DNA from: a virus
Direction: 5' to 3' (one strand)
Length of the DNA stretch: 64,000 nucleotides
IMG/VR virus record: IMGVR_UViG_3300032116_000032
Location: 32,001 to 96,000 of that record
In this document: positions 58,674 to 64,000 of the stretch, piece by piece
Layout: every line of letters starts with the position of its first letter
How positions within the stretch are numbered: position 1 is the stretch's first letter
Program-made: the position numbers and the translations under genes
Notes under the pieces: generated by a model
Told to the model about the DNA's origin: nothing
The model's input: only the letters and a program-made list of their open reading frames with translations
Databases searched by the model: none

Positions 58674-59927
58674 TTAACAAATTGCGCCTGTATCTGTAGC
58701 GGTAAAGTTAGGTGAAGTTGACGTTGGAATTGTAATTGAACAAACGTAAACGGATGTATAACCGTTTAATCCACCTGTAGATACTGTTCCATCACACTCG
58801 TAGTAGTCATATTTAACAAAACTTGGACTATTATTCTCAACGTACCATCTTGTAAGGATACAAGGAGGTAAAGTTGTAGTTGTGGTTGTAGTACTTGTTG
58901 ATGTTGTGGTCGTAGTTGGTTGTATATTAGAAAAACAAGCTAAACAAGAACCATCAACTCTTGAACCTATTTCAGTTAATAATACAACTGTGTCAACCCC
59001 ACTTATGTTTTCAAACAAACCTTCAAATGTAACACAAGTTTGTTGACCGTTAATTTCTGCAAAATATACGTAATTTTCTAAAGGAGTATTTCCTGAAATT
59101 AAAACTAAATCTGAAGTATAATAATCTACACCATTGAAACAATCACTAAATCTTTTACTATTAGCACATTGAATTACTTCAGTAAACGTATTGAATATAA
59201 CTTCGCCTGAAAAATTACAAGGATAGTTAATAGTTGTTGTGGTAGTCGTTGTTGGTGCTATTGTGGTTGTAGTTGTGGTATATGTGACCGCAATAGCCGT
59301 AATTGACTTTCCACTACAAGGATTAGGAAGTACTGTTGTCGTAGTAGTCGTTGTGGGGGCTGCTGTAGTTGTTGTAGTTGTTGTAGGAACTAAACAATCA
59401 AAAATGGCGCTAAAATCAAATGTAGCACATGGATCCACAGTTGTGGTTGTTGTTACACAAATTCCGGTATACGCTACCGTGTCGTCAAAATCAGGACAAT
59501 CTGATGTGCTTCCAAAAGGACCAAACTGATCACATGGGTCACCTAAGTTTTGTGCTAAACACCATCTTGTTTCACCTGTTGAATAAAACATGAAATATCC
59601 GGTGGTTTGACCTGTAAAATAAGATTCACCATCGTAAATTCCTGCTAACTGATAAGTGTCATCATAATTAGTGTCGTTTTCAACACAAAAAAACTGAGGA
59701 CAAGTACAACCTGAACTACCAATAATTGTACCTGAACCATCTATATCATATACATCTATACCATCTGAATAGTATGATAGTAATGCTGGACTACTACATA
59801 TTGAGTCTAAATAAACAATGTCACCTACAGTTAAACCACTACCATAAAGAGTAAAACTCAAAGTAGATCCACAGGAACTGTTAGGGTCTGAGGCGGATGA
59901 AAATAAACCTAAATTATTACAAGACAT
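58674..59927 (-). CDS. Cys-rich, mucin-like (Thr-run) putative virion decoration/fibre protein
   Basis: Several runs of 5-7 Thr, mostly inside Cys-bounded segments; co-transcribed with a gene carrying the late motif. Confidence 0.7.
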   Translation of the reverse strand: MSCNNLGLFSSASDPNSSCGSTLSFTLYGSGLTVGDIVYLDSICSSPALLSYYSDGIDVYDIDGSGTIIGSSGCTCPQFFCVENDTNYDDTYQLAGIYDGESYFTGQTTGYFMFYSTGETRWCLAQNLGDPCDQFGPFGSTSDCPDFDDTVAYTGICVTTTTTVDPCATFDFSAIFDCLVPTTTTTTTAAPTTTTTTTVLPNPCSGKSITAIAVTYTTTTTTIAPTTTTTTTINYPCNFSGEVIFNTFTEVIQCANSKRFSDCFNGVDYYTSDLVLISGNTPLENYVYFAEINGQQTCVTFEGLFENISGVDTVVLLTEIGSRVDGSCLACFSNIQPTTTTTSTSTTTTTTTLPPCILTRWYVENNSPSFVKYDYYECDGTVSTGGLNGYTSVYVCSITIPTSTSPNFTATDTGAIC

Positions 59928-59928
59928 A

Positions 59929-60150
59929 TTATATCAACAAATTTTCTTCAACCAAACAATTATTACTATCAACTGATTTTACACCTACCGAACCCATACC
60001 TTCTAAAATATACGGAAGATCAAAAACATATGGGATTTGACCCGATGTTATTGTATCTATGTAAATACAAGTTGTGTAACCTGTATCACATGTGTAAATG
60101 TCAAAAGGTGAAGAACCGCTTAAACCAGTAATTGTAATTTGTGTTGGCAT
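59929..60150 (-). CDS. Small Cys-containing beta protein (paralog of 49021-49317)
   Basis: MPTQITITGLSGSSPFDIYTCDTGYTTCIYI...FDLP...DSNNCLVEE. Confidence 0.75.
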   Translation of the reverse strand: MPTQITITGLSGSSPFDIYTCDTGYTTCIYIDTITSGQIPYVFDLPYILEGMGSVGVKSVDSNNCLVEENLLI

Positions 60151-60156
60151 ATCAAC

Positions 60157-60164
60157 AATAAATA
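60157..60164 (-). promoter_or_regulatory. TATTTATT putative late promoter on the minus strand
   Basis: AATAAATA on +, 6 nt upstream of the minus-strand ATG at 60150. Confidence 0.55.
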
Positions 60165-60189
60165 TAAAAGAACATGAAAGTTTGTGTAG

Positions 60190-60218
60190 TTGATGTATTG
60201 AAAGTTTATGATTATATT
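60190..60218 (+). promoter_or_regulatory. sigma70-like promoter for primase
   Basis: TTGATG-N17-TATATT. Confidence 0.4.
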
Positions 60219-60225
60219 ATAGGAG

Positions 60226-61125
60226 ATGGAAGAAAATGAAGCGTTAGTTGAGTTATTGGAGGAAGTTCTTGGTGATCACGGACTTCATTACCCCAATCGG
60301 GGACAAATTTCCTTCAACTGCCCCGTATGTGATGACGGTAGAAATAAACATAATATGGAGGTCAATTACATAGATAATGTCTATAAGTGTTGGTCCTGCG
60401 GTGATAGTGAGGGTACGCACGGAGCATTAGGTAGAATTTTTGATAAATACGGAAATAAAAAACAAAAAAAACTTTATAATGTTCTAAAACCTGAAACCGT
60501 TGTAAAGAGAGAAAAAAAGAAAAAAACGATGAAACTCCCTGAGGGTTTTACGTTGTTCAAAGACTCAAGTCCGGTATATCCTGTGAGAAGACAAGCCATG
60601 AATTATCTTAAAAATCGTGGGATCACAGACGAGATGATAGAAAAGTTTGGTATTGGATTTTGTGATAAAGGGGATCATGCTGGTCGAATTGTAATCCCAT
60701 CATACAATACAAAAGGTGAGTTGAATTATTATATTGCGAGAAGTTGGAACCCAATGTCTCGTGCTAAATATAAAAATCCTGAAGCCGAAAAAGACAAAAT
60801 TATATTTTGGGAAAATCTAATTGATTGGAACAAAGACATTTATTTGGTGGAAGGTGCGTTCGATGGGTTATTCGTAGATAACCCAATTCCAATGTTAGGT
60901 AAACACATGTCAGAACTTTTGTTTGAGACGATATACAAAAAGGCAAAGGCTGATATAATTATTTGTTTAGATGCTGATGCTTGGGAAAACGCAGTTAAAC
61001 TATACCACGAATTACATGGTGGTGAATTATGGGGTAGAATTAAAATAATAAAACTACCTGACGATAAAGATATTGCCGACCTACGAGGTGAAATAAAAGA
61101 AGAATACTATCATATTATAAGATAA
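60226..61125 (+). CDS. dnaG: DNA primase (Zn-finger plus TOPRIM)
   Basis: FNCPVC...YKCWSCG, YLKNRGI, RIVIP, KYKNP, LVEGAFD, ICLDADA. Confidence 0.92.
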   Translation: MEENEALVELLEEVLGDHGLHYPNRGQISFNCPVCDDGRNKHNMEVNYIDNVYKCWSCGDSEGTHGALGRIFDKYGNKKQKKLYNVLKPETVVKREKKKKTMKLPEGFTLFKDSSPVYPVRRQAMNYLKNRGITDEMIEKFGIGFCDKGDHAGRIVIPSYNTKGELNYYIARSWNPMSRAKYKNPEAEKDKIIFWENLIDWNKDIYLVEGAFDGLFVDNPIPMLGKHMSELLFETIYKKAKADIIICLDADAWENAVKLYHELHGGELWGRIKIIKLPDDKDIADLRGEIKEEYYHIIR

Positions 61126-61988
61126 TGGATTTAAAAAAAATTGCACAAGAAATTAGGGACATCATTTCTGAAAGACAAAAAGAGTTCCAACTTACCTTTG
61201 AAGAGGAAAGTCACAAATATACAATGTTGGATAAAGATGGAAATTTAAAATCAGATTTTCCATCGGTATCTAAAGTTATGAAAATATTTTATGACGACTT
61301 TCCAACGGAACAAGCGGCGTATAACAAAGCCGGTGGTGATCCTGATGAGGCCGAAAGATTAATGGAAGAGTGGGCGGAAGCCGGTAGAAAATCAACAAAC
61401 TTGGGATCTCGTTGTCACTTCTTTTTGGAAGAACATACACTAAAAGAATTTGGAGTTGAGAAAATTGTACGACAACCAATATTTGATTGTGATGCAGAAC
61501 AGATCATTAAGAGTGATACTATGATTATGGCTGGTAAGCATTACATAGAACTTCTTAAAGAAAGAGGATGTATATTAATTGATACAGAAATGGTTTTAGG
61601 TCATCCTGACTTAGGTTATACAGGACAACCCGATAAGGTGTGGTTAGTCATTGGAACAAACGGGAATCTTGGTATTTTAATAACGGATTGGAAATCTAAC
61701 AAACCAAAGAATTTTGCGGTTACCCGTTATACTAAAAAAATGAAACAACCATTTGAAGACTTACCTGATAATGCTTTAGGTCACTACAATACCCAGTTAC
61801 CTTTTTATGGTAAGTTACTTTTGAAAATGTTAGAAGGAACTAAATATGAAAACATACAACTATTAGGTTGTATTATCGTTTTGATTACTGAAGAAAGAGA
61901 GTACCATGAGTACCGAGTATCCAAAAAAACGATGAATACTATTTTAGAAATGGACATGAAACAATATTTGACTAAAATTAATAAATAA
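61125..61988 (+). CDS. PD-(D/E)XK (RecB/Cas4-like) exonuclease
   Basis: LGSRCH, GQPDKVW, ITDWKSNK, HYNTQLPFY. Confidence 0.8.
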   Translation: MDLKKIAQEIRDIISERQKEFQLTFEEESHKYTMLDKDGNLKSDFPSVSKVMKIFYDDFPTEQAAYNKAGGDPDEAERLMEEWAEAGRKSTNLGSRCHFFLEEHTLKEFGVEKIVRQPIFDCDAEQIIKSDTMIMAGKHYIELLKERGCILIDTEMVLGHPDLGYTGQPDKVWLVIGTNGNLGILITDWKSNKPKNFAVTRYTKKMKQPFEDLPDNALGHYNTQLPFYGKLLLKMLEGTKYENIQLLGCIIVLITEEREYHEYRVSKKTMNTILEMDMKQYLTKINK

Positions 61989-61996
61989 ACTATTAT
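61968..61996 (+). promoter_or_regulatory. sigma70-type promoter
   Basis: TTGACT-N17-TATTAT upstream of the small-ORF cluster. Confidence 0.55.
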
Positions 61997-62001
61997 TGAG
62001 T

Positions 62002-62094
62002 ATGACACTAACAATAACACCTACTTGGGTAACAACAACTAGTTGGGACCAATTATTACCTATTAAAGTAAAAATAAACTATATTATAAAATAA
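62002..62094 (+). CDS. Putative 30-aa peptide (MTLTITPTWVTTTSWDQLLPIKVKINYIIK)
   Basis: ATG 5 nt after the -10 box; the stop abuts the next ATG at 62097; below the ORF-track cut-off. Confidence 0.4.
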   Translation: MTLTITPTWVTTTSWDQLLPIKVKINYIIK

Positions 62095-62096
62095 AA

Positions 62097-62312
62097 ATGG
62101 ACGATATTATTAAACCAAAGATTGATCTTAGACAACAACAGACAATCAAATGTGAAAAATGCGAGTCAAAGTTCTTCAAAGAAGTAACAATGCTTAAGAA
62201 AGTACCTAAATTATTAACAGGAAGTCACGAAGACACAATTGTACCATTCCCAACTTATATGTGTAATGAGTGTGGTCACGTAAACGAAGACTTTGAATTA
62301 TTCATAGACTAA
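62097..62312 (+). CDS. Zinc-ribbon protein
   Basis: CEKC...CNECGH. Confidence 0.75.
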   Translation: MDDIIKPKIDLRQQQTIKCEKCESKFFKEVTMLKKVPKLLTGSHEDTIVPFPTYMCNECGHVNEDFELFID

Positions 62313-62458
62313 TGGAAATAGGTAAAATGACTATCAGTGAAGCAGAACCATACTTAGAAAGTATTGCAATGCTTTATGGATTAAACTTGGGTAAAGTTAA
62401 ACACTTCAAATTTGCAAGAATGATTTTGGCAACCCTTTATTGTAGAGAAAACGCATGA
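62312..62458 (+). CDS. Hypothetical protein, 48 aa (MEIGKMTISEAEPYLESIAMLYGLNL...)
   Basis: TAATG overlap with the upstream stop and ATGA overlap with the downstream start; exactly fills the gap. Confidence 0.7.
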   Translation: MEIGKMTISEAEPYLESIAMLYGLNLGKVKHFKFARMILATLYCRENA

Positions 62459-62697
62459 CATACAAAGAATTTTACTATTGGTTAGATGGTTATTTGACCA
62501 ATAAGCTTGAAAGTGAAAAACTAAATATCGCACCTATAATTGAAAAGATGGGTCAAGTAAAAGAGGAAAGAACTAAAAGCGATTTATTACCTTTCCAACA
62601 CATACCAGTACCGATTAATCCATTCCCCGTCCAAGATGATCCCTACAGACCACCATACGAAGTATATTGCGGAGACAAAACACAATTGAATGATTAA
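62455..62697 (+). CDS. Hypothetical protein
   Basis: Coupled 80-aa ORF starting MTYKEFYYWLDGYL. Confidence 0.7.
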   Translation: MTYKEFYYWLDGYLTNKLESEKLNIAPIIEKMGQVKEERTKSDLLPFQHIPVPINPFPVQDDPYRPPYEVYCGDKTQLND

Positions 62698-63469
62698 GAA
62701 ACTTATACACTTTTCAGACTTACATATCCGTCTTTTTAAAGACCACGATTTGTATAAATCAATTTTGGAAACTGCCATTGAACAATGGAAAGAGTTGAAG
62801 CCAGAACGCATCGTGTTCACGGGTGATTTAGTTCATTCTAAAAACCAAATGACACCTGAACTTATTGAGATGGTTAGATGGTTATTAACAGAATGTTCTT
62901 CTGTTGCTAAAACAATTATTATTCCAGGTAACCACGACTTCTTGGTTAATAACACAGAAAGATTGGATGCTCTTTCACCTATCATTAATTCACTGAATAG
63001 TGAAAACATCGTCTATTACAAAGACAGAGGAGTTTATGAAGACGAAAACATCAGTTGGTGTGTGTATTCACAATATCAAGGTAATATTCCGCCTGAAATT
63101 ACTGAAGCGAAAGGTAAAAGAATTGGATTATTTCACGGACCAATTCAGGGAATGAAAACAGATCTTGGGTTTGACTTTGGTGAGGAGGCATATGACGTTG
63201 AAAAGTTCGATGGGTTAGAAACCGTGTTATGTGGAGACATTCACAAAAGACAAGAATTCAAATTCAAAACCGGTAAAGGTTATATGATTGGGAGTCCAAT
63301 CCAACAAAATATTGGTGAGAGTATTGGACGACACGGTTATGGGATCTACAATGTTGAAAGTCAAGAATATTCTTATGTAGATCTACCAAACCCAAAACCA
63401 TTTCTAAAGTTCTCCATAAAATCATTTGAAGATATTGAAAATGGAACCGAAAAACTCCAAAATATTTAG
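62690..63469 (+). CDS. Metallophosphoesterase nuclease (Mre11/SbcD / T4 gp47-like)
   Basis: HFSDLH, FTGDLVH, PGNHD, FHGP, LCGDIHK. Confidence 0.88.
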   Translation: MIKKLIHFSDLHIRLFKDHDLYKSILETAIEQWKELKPERIVFTGDLVHSKNQMTPELIEMVRWLLTECSSVAKTIIIPGNHDFLVNNTERLDALSPIINSLNSENIVYYKDRGVYEDENISWCVYSQYQGNIPPEITEAKGKRIGLFHGPIQGMKTDLGFDFGEEAYDVEKFDGLETVLCGDIHKRQEFKFKTGKGYMIGSPIQQNIGESIGRHGYGIYNVESQEYSYVDLPNPKPFLKFSIKSFEDIENGTEKLQNI

Positions 63470-64000
63470 TAAGGAAATGATGCAGGCGGTGTCTGCATTT
63501 TGTGAATCCAAAGAAATTAAGGATGTGGATAATTTCATTTACCTTTGTTTTAAACAAGGATTTGATATCAGAAAATATGGTCTTTTGGAAAAAACACTTA
63601 ATGAAGGTGAAAAAGACTTAAAAACGGGTGAAGTTCAGGAAAAACGAGTGGAAATAGAGGTAATAAAAGAAATACGGGTGGAAGTTCCTGTCGAAGTTAT
63701 TAAAGAAGTTGAGGTTATTAAAGAGGTTGAAAAGATTGTTGAAATACCTATTGAGGTAATCAAGGAAGTTGAGAAAATAATCCACACCTCTGATGATACT
63801 CAAGTAAATGAACTGTTGTCAAAAATAGAACAGTTAAACGGAGAAATTTCGATTAAAACTACCGAAATTGGCAGAATTAGAGAAGAATTTTCCATTAAAA
63901 CGGAAGAAATGGAAAATATTTTCCAAAATAAAATGTCTGAAAAGGATGAAGATTTAGACGAACTTAGACAAAAGTTAGACATTCTCGTAACAAATGATAA
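63441..64000 (+). CDS. Partial gene: protein with EVIKEV/VEVP repeats followed by coiled coil; runs off the window
   Basis: Frame open from ATG 63441 to the end of the window; missed by the ORF track because it has no stop. Confidence 0.8.
   Translation, partial: MEPKNSKIFSKEMMQAVSAFCESKEIKDVDNFIYLCFKQGFDIRKYGLLEKTLNEGEKDLKTGEVQEKRVEIEVIKEIRVEVPVEVIKEVEVIKEVEKIVEIPIEVIKEVEKIIHTSDDTQVNELLSKIEQLNGEISIKTTEIGRIREEFSIKTEEMENIFQNKMSEKDEDLDELRQKLDILVTND

Noticed and set aside
49339-59927. Diversity-generating retroelement targeting the fibres
   Set aside because: No reverse transcriptase and no template/variable repeat pair with adenine-specific mismatches was seen in the window
61125-61988. Cas4 as part of a CRISPR adaptation module
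   Set aside because: It lacks the four-Cys Fe-S pattern and has no cas1/cas2 or array nearby; its position next to primase fits a phage PD-(D/E)XK exonuclease
1-64000. Stop-codon reassignment (as in some large phages)
   Set aside because: Very long ORFs are intact under the standard code, and TAG (33474, 52290, 63469) and TGA (21193, 53325) act as real ends at gene junctions
1-64000. Giant eukaryotic virus (NCLDV) or eukaryotic origin, suggested by the plant-like GT, mucin tracts and eukaryote-type RNR
   Set aside because: Contractile sheath/tube/baseplate genes, a gp32-type SSB, a DnaG primase, bacterial terminators and operon coupling indicate a tailed bacteriophage
1-64000. Chromosomal contractile injection system (eCIS/tailocin) rather than a phage
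   Set aside because: The tail genes are interleaved with a phage replication set (SSB, RecA, helicase, primase, RNR, nucleases), and no host housekeeping context is present
1-64000. tRNA or rRNA genes
   Set aside because: Intergenic gaps are short and are accounted for by promoters and terminators; no cloverleaf or T-loop signature was seen

Overview
An AT-rich, densely coding 64 kb segment of a large contractile-tailed (myovirus, T4-like/jumbo-type) bacteriophage genome. Gene order: tail sheath, HAD hydrolase, tail tube, tail chaperone, tape measure, tube-initiator/baseplate proteins and a 2478-aa hub (573-21193); a replication/recombination block with gp32-like SSB, RecA/UvsX, FkbM-type methyltransferase, 5'-3' exonuclease, DnaB-like helicase and class Ia RNR (22258-31095); a second baseplate/fibre block with gp25, baseplate J/gp6, SprB-repeat proteins, a collagen-like fibre and Pro/Thr- and Thr-run proteins (31168-60150); then primase, a PD-(D/E)XK nuclease and an Mre11/SbcD-like nuclease. 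SprB repeats and mostly Shine-Dalgarno-free starts suggest a Bacteroidota host (inference). The strongest candidate novel system is phage-encoded protein O-glycosylation of the virion. A GT-A enzyme resembling plant/algal peptidyl-serine alpha-galactosyltransferase / hydroxyproline arabinosyltransferase (GT96/GT95) sits among structural genes carrying extensin- or mucin-like Pro-Thr loops, Thr runs, a proline-free Thr/Ser/Asn collagen and a recurrent [ST]-G-x-T motif. Other observations: a probable +1 frameshift (UUU_UUU_CGG) in the tail chaperone and a recurrent TATTTAT late-promoter-like motif. All family assignments come from motif recognition by eye; no searches were run.
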